Source of the DNA: Alphaproteobacteria bacterium | GTDB lineage: Bacteria > Pseudomonadota > Alphaproteobacteria > UBA8366 | DNA: 64,000 nucleotides | Assembly (NCBI GenBank): GCA_009377445.1 | Contig: WHUA01000006.1 | Location: 158,684 to 222,683 of the forward strand | Direction: 5' to 3' | Part shown: positions 56,175-64,000 of the stretch, piece after piece | How positions within the stretch are numbered: the first letter of the stretch is position 1 | Layout of the letters: each line of letters begins with the position of its first letter | Position numbers and translations under genes: made by a program | The notes under the pieces: model-generated | What the model saw: the letters and a program-made list of their open reading frames with translations, nothing else | What the model was told of the DNA's origin: nothing | Database searches by the model: none

Positions 56175-57842
56175 ATGGACGATACCGCAAAGGCCGTGGC
56201 GGGAAAGCGGGCCTATAACGACCTGCAGGAGCATATCGCCGCCCTCGACAAGGCCGGCCTGCTGACCACCATAGACGCGCCGATCAACAAGGACACGGAG
56301 ATGCATCCGCTGGTCCGCTGGCAGTTCCGCGGCGGCATCCCGGAGCCCGAGCGCAAAGCCTTTCTCTTCACCAACGTCACCGACAGCAAAAGGCGGAAAT
56401 ACGATATCCCGGTCCTGGTCGGCGGGCTCGCCGCCAATCCCGAGATCTATCGCATCGGCATGGGCGTCAACTCGCTCGCCGAGATCGGCCCGAAATGGGA
56501 CCACGGCCTCGGCAACCCGATCGAGCCGGCCGTCGTCACGAAGGCGCCCTGCCAGGAAATCGTGCTGCAGGGCGCGGAAATCCAAGGCGAGGGGAAGGGG
56601 CTGGATGCTCTGCCCATTCCCATCTCGACGCCGGGCTTCGATGTCGCGCCCTATTTCACGGCGGCGACCTGGATCACCAAGGATCCGGACGACGGCATCC
56701 AGAACATGGGGGTCTACCGCGGCAACCTGAAGGCGCCCGACCGGGTCGCCGTGATGATGCTGATGTCGCTTTCGGCAGGCGGCTATTACCACTGGAAGAA
56801 ATACCAGGCGCGCGGCCAGAAGATGCCGGTCGCGATCATCCTCGGCTGCCCGCCCGTGGTGGAATATACCGGGCCGCAGAAGGTCAAGATGGGGGTGGAC
56901 GAGCTGTGGGTCGCGGGTGGGCTGGCGGGCGGGCCGATCAACGTGGTCAAGGCCAAGACCGTCGACCTGCTGGTCCCCGCCGAAGCGCAGATCGTCATCG
57001 AGGGGCTGATCGACCCCGAGTATCTCGAGCCGGAAGGGCCGTTCGGCGAATCGCACGGCTACGTCGCGCTCGAAGAATACAACATGGTCATGGATGTAAC
57101 GGCGATCACCCGCCGCAAGCAGCCGATCATCAGCTCGATCATCTCGCAGGTGACGCCGAGCGAATCCAGCGTCATCAAGCGCGTCGCGTATGAGCCGATG
57201 TTCCTCAGCCATCTGCGCGACACGCTCAGCATCAAGGGCGTCAAGAAGGTGGCGCTGCACGAGCCGCTGACCAACCTGCGCCGGGTGGTCATGGTGCAGT
57301 TCGAGCGCGGCGTGGCGAAGACCGAGGTCTGGCGCGCGCTCTACGGCGTCTCGTCCTTCATGCCCGCGGTCGGCAAGTACTGCATCGCCATCGACGAGGA
57401 CATCGATCCCGACAACGGCGATTCCGTATTCTGGGCCATGTCCTACCGCGCCAACCCGGCGTTGGACATCCAAATTCTGAAGCACCGGGCGCGCGGCCAT
57501 GGTCCGGTGCTGCAGGGGGTGGAGAGCGATTCGACGCTGCTGATCGACGCCACGCTGAAGGCCGACATGCCGCCGGTCGCGCTGCCGAAGAAGAAGTACA
57601 TGGAGCACGCCAAGGTTCTATGGGAGAAGCTGGGCCTGCCGCCGCTCAAGCCGGAATCGCCGTGGTACGGCTATTCGCTCGGCGACTGGACGGAGGAGTG
57701 GGACCTCGCCGCGGAGCGGGCGGCCGAGGGCGAGTATCTCCGCAACGGCGAGCGCAGCGCGCAATGGCGCCGCAAGCTGGAGAACCCGCAGGTGCCGATC
57801 CGCGACGTGCTCGGCGGCGACATCTTCGGTGACAAGCTGTGA
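56175..57842 (+). CDS. UbiD-family prFMN-dependent (de)carboxylase
   Basis: QNMGVYR, EGPFGESHGY, IDEDID, LIDAT; GGAGGAG RBS. Confidence 0.92.
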   Translation: MDDTAKAVAGKRAYNDLQEHIAALDKAGLLTTIDAPINKDTEMHPLVRWQFRGGIPEPERKAFLFTNVTDSKRRKYDIPVLVGGLAANPEIYRIGMGVNSLAEIGPKWDHGLGNPIEPAVVTKAPCQEIVLQGAEIQGEGKGLDALPIPISTPGFDVAPYFTAATWITKDPDDGIQNMGVYRGNLKAPDRVAVMMLMSLSAGGYYHWKKYQARGQKMPVAIILGCPPVVEYTGPQKVKMGVDELWVAGGLAGGPINVVKAKTVDLLVPAEAQIVIEGLIDPEYLEPEGPFGESHGYVALEEYNMVMDVTAITRRKQPIISSIISQVTPSESSVIKRVAYEPMFLSHLRDTLSIKGVKKVALHEPLTNLRRVVMVQFERGVAKTEVWRALYGVSSFMPAVGKYCIAIDEDIDPDNGDSVFWAMSYRANPALDIQILKHRARGHGPVLQGVESDSTLLIDATLKADMPPVALPKKKYMEHAKVLWEKLGLPPLKPESPWYGYSLGDWTEEWDLAAERAAEGEYLRNGERSAQWRRKLENPQVPIRDVLGGDIFGDKL

Positions 57843-58498
57843 GCGCACCCACGGCGACCAGGACGCCGCCGTCCAGGGACGACGCGCCGGCGGTGGAGAC
57901 GGTCGGCCGGCCTCGCCTCGTCGTCGGCATCACCGGCGCATCGGGCGTCGTCTACGGCATCCGCATGCTGGAGGCGCTGCTGGGCCTGCCCATCGAAAGC
58001 CACCTCGTCATGTCGAAGTCGGCCGAGATGACGATCGCCTACGAGACGGATCTGAAGGCGGCGGATGTCAAGGCGATGGCCGACGTCGTCTATCCGATCG
58101 GCGATATCGGCGCGGCGATTTCCTCCGGCTCGTTCCGCACGATGGGCATGGTGGTGGCGCCCTGCACGGTGCGCACGCTGTCCGAGATCGCGAGCGGCGT
58201 GACCTCGACGCTGCTCACCCGCGCGGCCGACGTGACCTTGAAGGAGCGCCGCCGCCTCGTGCTCATGCTGCGTGAGACGCCGCTGCACGCAGGCCATATC
58301 CGCTCCATGCTGCAGGTGACCGAGATGGGCGCCATCGTCGCCCCGCCGGTGCCCGCCTTCTACACCCGCCCGGCAAGCGTCGCCGATATCGTCGACCAGA
58401 CGGTCGGCCGCGCGCTCGACCTCTTCGGCATCGATTCCGGCCTGCCCAAACGCTGGGGCGAGGATGTGAATGGAGGACGGGGCGAGGGTGGTGGCTGA
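57839..58498 (+). CDS. ubiX: Flavin prenyltransferase UbiX
   Basis: VGITGASG, ISSGS, RAADVTLKERR, RETP, PAFY; GTGA overlap with the UbiD gene. Confidence 0.95.
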   Translation: MSAPTATRTPPSRDDAPAVETVGRPRLVVGITGASGVVYGIRMLEALLGLPIESHLVMSKSAEMTIAYETDLKAADVKAMADVVYPIGDIGAAISSGSFRTMGMVVAPCTVRTLSEIASGVTSTLLTRAADVTLKERRRLVLMLRETPLHAGHIRSMLQVTEMGAIVAPPVPAFYTRPASVADIVDQTVGRALDLFGIDSGLPKRWGEDVNGGRGEGGG

Positions 58499-58593
58499 CC
58501 CCCCACCCCAACCCTCCCCCGCAAGGGGGGAGGGAGAATAATCAAGCTATCACAAAGTCCTCCCCCCTTGCGGGGGAGGATTTAGGTGGGGGG
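58499..58593. repeat. RIME/REP-like double-palindrome element
   Basis: CCCCCACCCCAACCCTCCCCC-GCAA-GGGGGGAGGG, spacer, then inverted copy CCTCCCCCC-TTGC-GGGGGAGG..GGTGGGGGG. Confidence 0.8.
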
Positions 58594-58676
58594 TGCGGCG
58601 CCACCGGCGTTGACGGTCTTCGCCGCCCGGCGCTACGCTTTCGCCGTATCGAACGGCACGCGGCAGGGAGAACGAC

Positions 58677-59378
58677 ATGGCGCAACTGGTCGACGTGAAG
58701 GTGGGCGGCAGCCCGATGCGGATCTGCACCGCCTCGCCGAAAGGGAAAGGGCCGTTCCCCGGCGTTCTCGTCACGATCCATGGCCCCGGCCTCGACGACT
58801 TCGAGTTCGACCTCGCCGACAAGCTGGCCGCCGAGGGGTTCATCACCGCCGCGCCCGATATCTTCCACCGCCAGCCGAACGAGAAGGACCCGGCGAAACG
58901 CCGCGGCAATCTCAAGGACGACGAGCTGGTCGCCGACATGGACGCGGGCCTCGCCTGGCTCGAAAGCTCCGGCCGCGCCGACATGAAGAAGCTCGCGATC
59001 CTCGGCCACTGCATGGGCGGGCGGCAATCCTACCTCGGTGCTTGCACGCGCCCGGTCTTCCGTTGCTGCGTCGTCTATTACGGCGGCAATCTCTTCAAGC
59101 CCTGGGGCCATGCCGGGCCTTCGCCCTTCGACAAGCTCGCGAAGCTCGAGGCGCCGCTGATCGCCTTCTACGGCAACGACGACGACAACCCGTCGCCCGC
59201 CGACGTGGACCGGACCGAGGCCGAGCTGAAGCGGCTGGGCAAGGAGCACGAGTTCCACCGTTACGACGGCGCCGGCCACGCCTTCCAGAATTTCCTGGCT
59301 GCCGACAAGTACCGGCCCGATGCGACGCGGGATTCCTGGGCGCGCACGGTGAAGTTCCTACTCCGGCATCTCGGGTGA
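58677..59378 (+). CDS. Dienelactone hydrolase family protein
   Basis: GHCMGG nucleophile, YYG, G.DD, YDGAGHAF. Confidence 0.92.
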   Translation: MAQLVDVKVGGSPMRICTASPKGKGPFPGVLVTIHGPGLDDFEFDLADKLAAEGFITAAPDIFHRQPNEKDPAKRRGNLKDDELVADMDAGLAWLESSGRADMKKLAILGHCMGGRQSYLGACTRPVFRCCVVYYGGNLFKPWGHAGPSPFDKLAKLEAPLIAFYGNDDDNPSPADVDRTEAELKRLGKEHEFHRYDGAGHAFQNFLAADKYRPDATRDSWARTVKFLLRHLG

Positions 59379-60265
59379 GGCGGGCAGGCCGCGCGCGCCG
59401 GCTGCTGGTTTGCGGCTGTCTGTTCCTTCTGGGCGCTGCTCTCGCGCTGCCGGCGACGGCTGGGCCGCCGCGCAAGCTGTGGGAGCTTTCCGGATTCGAT
59501 GCGCCGGAATCGGTTCTCTACGACGCGCGCACGGACAGCTTCTTCGTCGCCAACGTCAACGGCGACCCGTCGGCGCGCGACGGCAACGGCTATATCTCGC
59601 AGGTCGGCCCCGACGGCAGCCTGATCAAGAAGGACTGGTTCACCGGCCTGAACGCGCCGAAGGGCATGGCGGTCTACGGCAAAGACCTCTACGTCGCGGA
59701 TATCGACCAGCTCGTCGTGATCCACAAGCTGAAGGCGACGCTGCGCGGCCGGCATCCGGCGCTGCCCAGCAAGTTCCTCAACGACGTGGCGGCGGACAAC
59801 GTCGGGCGCATCTACGTCACGGACATGCTGGGCGATGCGATCTACCGCCTGGACGACGGCGTCTTCGGAATGTGGCTGGGAAGCGCGCGGCTCATGGCGC
59901 CGGCGGGCATCAAGGTCGTCAAGGAGGAGCTATGGATCGCGAGCTGGGGGCGCATCGTCCGCGGCTTCGAGACGAACGAGCCGGGCCACGTCCTCGCCGT
60001 CGAGCTGGAGACGCAGAAGATCCGCGACATCGGCAAGGGCTATCCGATCGGCAACCTCGGCGGTCTGGAGCCGATCGGCGACGGCCGCTTCCTGGTGACG
60101 GATCGGAAGGCCGGCGGGCTGATGCTGATCGACGAGTACGGGCGCTCGCAGGTCATCCTAGAGCTGCCGCCCGGCTCCGCCGACATGGGCTTCAACCCGC
60201 TGCTGAAGCAGCTCGTCGTTCCGCTGATGCGCGACGGCAAGATCGTCGCCTATCAGTTCGACTGA
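59375..60265 (+). CDS. Secreted beta-propeller protein (SMP-30/gluconolactonase-like)
   Basis: Signal peptide; GFDAPES, GLNAPKGM, FLNDV; GTGA overlap with the hydrolase. Confidence 0.85.
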   Translation: MRRAGRARRLLVCGCLFLLGAALALPATAGPPRKLWELSGFDAPESVLYDARTDSFFVANVNGDPSARDGNGYISQVGPDGSLIKKDWFTGLNAPKGMAVYGKDLYVADIDQLVVIHKLKATLRGRHPALPSKFLNDVAADNVGRIYVTDMLGDAIYRLDDGVFGMWLGSARLMAPAGIKVVKEELWIASWGRIVRGFETNEPGHVLAVELETQKIRDIGKGYPIGNLGGLEPIGDGRFLVTDRKAGGLMLIDEYGRSQVILELPPGSADMGFNPLLKQLVVPLMRDGKIVAYQFD

Positions 60266-60272
60266 GCGGGCC

Positions 60273-60314
60273 TAGAGCAACCTGCGTCCTATCGGACGCA
60301 GACAAGTTGCTCTA
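60273..60314. repeat. Short TAGAGC...GCTCTA palindromic element
   Basis: TAGAGCAAC-CTGCGTCC-TATC-GGACGCAG-ACAA-GTTGCTCTA; its end supplies the TAG stop of the minus-strand tauD. Confidence 0.7.
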
Positions 60315-61316
60315 TGTGGGCGAAACGCCGAAGCCGCCGCGGATCGCGCCGGCCTCCACGCTGCCCCACAGCACGCGGTGGCTCTCCGGCAGCGGCCGGC
60401 TGTTCGGCATCGACAGCCAAAGGCGGTAGAGCAGGCGATCCTGGCTGCTGCCCGCGTCGTCGGTAAATGCGGTGCGGCCGTGATAGATCACGTGGTTGTT
60501 GAGAAGCTGCAGGTCGCCCGGCTCCAGCGGCATCTCGAAGCACAGCTCCTCGGCGAGGTCGCCCAGCATGTCGAGCGCTTCCTTCTGCGCGCCGGTGAGG
60601 CGCGGCACCTCTGGAAAGCGCTGCTGCGCCTGCTCGATATAGGTGTTCGAGAAGTGGCTGGTGAAATAGCCGTCGCGCAGCGCGAAGATCGGCAGCGGAT
60701 AGTAGGGCTGCTCTCCGCCGACCTCGTCGCCGATGGTGCTGCGGTAGAAGTCGCGGTACATCGCGGCCAGCAGGTCGGGCCGCCGCGCCTGCATCGCGTC
60801 GTGGATGGCGACGGCGCTGACGATGCGGCTGATGCCGCCGGCCTGCGCCTTCCGCACGCAGAGCAGGCCGACCACGTCGGTCCGGTCGTTGTGCCAGCGC
60901 AGCGCTTCGCTCGATTCCACCCGGGTGCCGCCTTTGTCGCAAATGTCGCGCATGAGGCCGCGGCTGCCGTTCTGATGCACCGGCGTGCCGAGGTGGCAGC
61001 CGATGCCGAAATAGAGCGTGCGCAAGTCCTGCTCGCCGTAGCGGCCGACCGGAAAGCCGGTCAGCTTCACGACGCCGCGGCCGCTCTCCAGTTCCTCGGC
61101 GATGGCGGCGAGCTGACCCGAGAGCGTCGGCAGGGGAAAGTCTTCCTTGGCGAGGTCGCGCCAGTCGATGCCACGCCGCTTCACTTGCGCGAGCGCCGCA
61201 TCGATCTCGGCTGTGGCGGCGTCGCCGATCAGCCGTATCCAGTCGCGCTCCGCCAGCAGCGTCTCGCCTTGCCAGGCGGCCGGGCCGCCGATCGGTCGAA
61301 GGACGGTATCGGTCAT
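60312..61316 (-). CDS. TauD/TfdA-family dioxygenase (third paralogue)
   Basis: WHNDRTD, GDLQLLNNHVIYHGR, RLLYRLWL; AGGAGG RBS before ATG 61316. Confidence 0.9.
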   Translation of the reverse strand: MTDTVLRPIGGPAAWQGETLLAERDWIRLIGDAATAEIDAALAQVKRRGIDWRDLAKEDFPLPTLSGQLAAIAEELESGRGVVKLTGFPVGRYGEQDLRTLYFGIGCHLGTPVHQNGSRGLMRDICDKGGTRVESSEALRWHNDRTDVVGLLCVRKAQAGGISRIVSAVAIHDAMQARRPDLLAAMYRDFYRSTIGDEVGGEQPYYPLPIFALRDGYFTSHFSNTYIEQAQQRFPEVPRLTGAQKEALDMLGDLAEELCFEMPLEPGDLQLLNNHVIYHGRTAFTDDAGSSQDRLLYRLWLSMPNSRPLPESHRVLWGSVEAGAIRGGFGVSPT

Positions 61317-61437
61317 GATGGCGCCTCCTTCCTGATGAAGCTGAGCACAGCAGGGCGGTCGTGGGCAAGCCCGGCCAACTTGCCAGCAACAAGCCCTCCG
61401 ACGTAAACACGAGAGAGGCAGGAAAAAGGAGAGCACC

Positions 61438-62493
61438 ATGCGTGTCGTGGCGACGCTTCCGCAGGACGATCTCAACAAGGCGGCGAAGGCAGCGGTCAAG
61501 TTCGAGGCGGACGGATACGATGGGCTCAAAACGTCGGAGCTGAGCCACGATCCGTTCCTGCCGCTCGCCGTGGCCGCGACCTGGACGACGAAGCCCGAGC
61601 TCGTGACGGGCATCACCATCGCCTTCGCACGCAGCCCGATGATCGTCGCCAACATGTCCTACGATCTCTACACGTCGAGCAAGGGGCGCTTCGCACTCGG
61701 CCTCGGCACGCAGGTGAAGGGCCACAACGAGCGTCGCTTCAGCGTGCCATGGACCGCGCCGGCGCCGCGGCTCAAGGAATACGTCGAGAGCCTGCGCGCG
61801 ATCTGGCGCGCCTGGGAGTACGGCGAGAAGCTCAACTACGAGGGAGAGCACTACCGCTTCACCCTGATGACGCCGGTTTTTTCGCCGAAGCCGACCGGGC
61901 TGCCGCTCATCCCCATCACGATCGCCGCCGTCGGCCCCGGCATGCTCCGCCTCGCGGGACGGCATTGCGACGGCGTGCGGCTCCATTCCTTCTGCACCCG
62001 CAAGTACATGGACGAGGCGATCATGCCTGCCGTGACCGAAGGGCTGGCGGCGAGCGGCCTCAGGCGCGAGAACTTCGAAGTGGTGAGCGGCGGCTACATC
62101 CTCACCGCGCCGGACGAGGACACGGTGCGGAAGGGCTTCGAATGGATCCGCGAGCGCATCGCCTTCTACGGCTCGACCCGCACCTACCTGCCGGTGTGGG
62201 AGACGCACGGCATGGTCGACCTCGGCCTCAAGCTGCACGCAATGTCGCTCAAGGGCCAGTGGAAGGAAATGGCGAAGGAGATATCCGACGACACGGTGCG
62301 CCTGTTCGCCGCCATCGGAACGCACGACATCATCGTCAAGGAGATCGAGAAGCGCTACTGCGGCGTGTCGGACACCGTCTACACCCACCATGTGCCCGCG
62401 ATCGACCCGCGCATTCCGCCGGACCTGCTGCAGGATATCAAGCGCCTGCCGTCGGCGTTCAGGGGATTCGATACGAAGCATTGGGCGCGGTAG
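61438..62493 (+). CDS. Luciferase-like monooxygenase (LLM) family oxidoreductase, F420-dependent-type subfamily
   Basis: HDPFLPL, AFARSPM, LGLGTQVKGH..RRF, IAFYGSTRTY. Confidence 0.88.
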   Translation: MRVVATLPQDDLNKAAKAAVKFEADGYDGLKTSELSHDPFLPLAVAATWTTKPELVTGITIAFARSPMIVANMSYDLYTSSKGRFALGLGTQVKGHNERRFSVPWTAPAPRLKEYVESLRAIWRAWEYGEKLNYEGEHYRFTLMTPVFSPKPTGLPLIPITIAAVGPGMLRLAGRHCDGVRLHSFCTRKYMDEAIMPAVTEGLAASGLRRENFEVVSGGYILTAPDEDTVRKGFEWIRERIAFYGSTRTYLPVWETHGMVDLGLKLHAMSLKGQWKEMAKEISDDTVRLFAAIGTHDIIVKEIEKRYCGVSDTVYTHHVPAIDPRIPPDLLQDIKRLPSAFRGFDTKHWAR

Positions 62494-62510
62494 CAAAGCT
62501 CATGGAAACT

Positions 62511-62628
62511 CCCTCTCCGCCCCAGGGGGCGGAGAGGGCCGGGGTGAGGTGGGGGATCTGATCTCAGCAACCCCACCTCACCCGGCGCACTCCGTGCGCC
62601 ACCCTCTCCGCCCCGCTGGCGGAGAGGG
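62511..62628. repeat. RIME/REP-like double-palindrome element between convergent genes
   Basis: CCCTCTCCGCC..GGCGGAGAGGG-CCGGGGTGAGGTGGGG, spacer, CCCCACCTCACCCGG..CCCTCTCCGCC..GGCGGAGAGGG. Confidence 0.85.
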
Positions 62629-62636
62629 TTGATCGC

Positions 62637-63788
62637 CTACAGCGTATCCCCGCTGCCGAGGATCACCGTGCACTGGCTCGACAGCACGCCGCCGTTGCCA
62701 TGCGCGAGCGCGATGTCGACGTTCTTCTGCTGGCGGTCGCCGCAGACGCCCTGGATCTGGCGCGCCGCTTCGATCAGCAGGAAGAGGCCGTACATGCCGG
62801 GATGGCAGTAGGACAGGCCGCCGCCGTTGGTGTTGACCGGCGTCTTGCCGCCGGGCGAGATGGCGCCGCTCGCGACGAAGGCGCCGCCTTCGCCCTTCTT
62901 GACCACGCCGAGGTCTTCCAGGAACAGCAGCGTATTGATGGTGAAGGCGTCGTACAGCTCGAACACGTCGATGTCCTTCACGCCGATGCCGGCGGCCTTG
63001 TAGGCGATCGGCCCGGAATGAGCCGCGCCCGAGACCGTCATGTCCGGCATGCAGGTGATCGTGGCGTGCGAGATGTACTCGCCGGTGCCGAGCACGTAGG
63101 CCGGCTTCTGCTTGAGGTCCTTCGCGCGCTCCGGCGTGGTGAGGACGATCGCGCCGCCGCCGTCGGTGACGAGACAGCAGTCGCGCACCGTGAAGGGATA
63201 GCTGATCATCGGGGCGTTCAGCACTTCCTCGATGGTCAGGTCCTCGCGCCGGAAGGCGACCGGATTGAGCTTGGCCCAGTCGCGCGCCGCTACGGCGACG
63301 GCGGCGAGCTGCTCGCGCGTCGTGCCGTACTGGTGCATGTGCCGCGATGCGGCCATGGCGTACGCGCTCGGCGGCATCATCGGGCGATAAGGGTCTTCAT
63401 GCGGCAGCGGATCGCGTTGCGACGCCGCGGCGCGGCTCACGGTGCGCTGGGTGCTGCCGTAGGCGACCACGGCGACCTCGCAGACGCCGGCGGCGATCGC
63501 CGCCTGGACATGCGCGACATGCGCCATGAAGGACGAGCCGCCGATCTGCGTCGAATCGAAATACTTCGGCTGGATGCCGAGGTATTCGCACATCGCCATC
63601 GCGGCCATGCGCGACTGGCTGGTCGCGCAGAAATAGCCGTCGACGTCCGACAGCTCGAGCCCGCAATTGTCGAGCGCGCGCATCGTGCCTTGCGCCATCA
63701 GGTCGAACGGGGTCATGTCCGGGGCGACGAGGCCGAGGTCCGATTCCGCCGTGCCGACGATTGCGGCATTTCCACGTAGCTTTGCCAT
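62637..63788 (-). CDS. SCP2-type thiolase family protein
   Basis: CCLVTDGGGA, ELYDAFT, NTNGGGLSYCHPG, HGNGG. Confidence 0.92.
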   Translation of the reverse strand: MAKLRGNAAIVGTAESDLGLVAPDMTPFDLMAQGTMRALDNCGLELSDVDGYFCATSQSRMAAMAMCEYLGIQPKYFDSTQIGGSSFMAHVAHVQAAIAAGVCEVAVVAYGSTQRTVSRAAASQRDPLPHEDPYRPMMPPSAYAMAASRHMHQYGTTREQLAAVAVAARDWAKLNPVAFRREDLTIEEVLNAPMISYPFTVRDCCLVTDGGGAIVLTTPERAKDLKQKPAYVLGTGEYISHATITCMPDMTVSGAAHSGPIAYKAAGIGVKDIDVFELYDAFTINTLLFLEDLGVVKKGEGGAFVASGAISPGGKTPVNTNGGGLSYCHPGMYGLFLLIEAARQIQGVCGDRQQKNVDIALAHGNGGVLSSQCTVILGSGDTL

Positions 63789-64000
63789 TTACGCGCCCTC
63801 CACCGGATCGAATACGGGATATACGGGTTCCTTCTCGGTGGCGGGGATCATCCGCACCTTCACGCGCATGCCGATCTTGACCTTCATCGGCTCGATCTTC
63901 TCGACCCGGCTCATCATGCGAAAGCCTTCGTCGATGTCGATCAGCGATACGTCGTAGGGGTCGCCCTTGCGCGGGTAGACGGTCGTCGTCGCATAGACGG
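63789..64000 (-). CDS. DUF35 Zn-ribbon/OB-fold thiolase partner, 3' part (truncated by window edge; not in ORF track)
   Basis: VYATTTV...PYDVSLIDIDEGFRMMSRV...VKIGMRVKV...PVFDP; its stop abuts the thiolase ATG. Confidence 0.88.
   Translation of the reverse strand, partial: VYATTTVYPRKGDPYDVSLIDIDEGFRMMSRVEKIEPMKVKIGMRVKVRMIPATEKEPVYPVFDPVEGA

Noticed and set aside
281-62496. Many long antisense or alternate-frame ORFs (e.g. 281..2644, 10094..12664, 29548..32700, 51301..54216, 60289..62496)
   Set aside because: They are shadows of real genes in high-GC DNA: Arg/Ala/Gly-rich, no motifs, and they overlap well-supported CDSs.

Overview
High-GC alphaproteobacterial chromosome segment (Rhodospirillales-like, judged from rpoH, rluD with its divergent small gene, and the repeat types). 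No integrase, transposase, prophage or CRISPR array is visible. In order: purA 3' end; a degenerate kinase-fold gene with a membrane partner; a methyltransferase; rpoH; rluD; tRNA-Glu(CTC); a DsbA-NhaA / RND pump / lipid A acyltransferase block; a Dpp/Opp ABC system with a hydrolase; an oxalate catabolism locus (GntR, oxc, frc, ADP-forming acyl-CoA ligase, divergent NAD-linked formate dehydrogenase); an AT-richer regulatory module (atypical LuxR regulator, an unannotated 54-aa secreted protein, ECF sigma/anti-sigma, candidate sRNA); a Mo-hydroxylase/TauD/CoA-enzyme catabolic cluster; znuCB with a Zur-like box; a FecR/RTX-repeat protein; UbiD/UbiX; further catabolic genes; and three palindromic repeat elements. 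Best leads: (1) the 32.7-36.6 kb module, whose candidate sRNA has a C-rich seed complementary to the LuxR start region; (2) the ADP-forming ligase inside the oxalate locus; (3) an in-frame TGA in one TauD paralogue; (4) a CIRCE-like element with an 8-nt spacer on the rpoH promoter. All calls come from reading motifs by eye; no database search was run.
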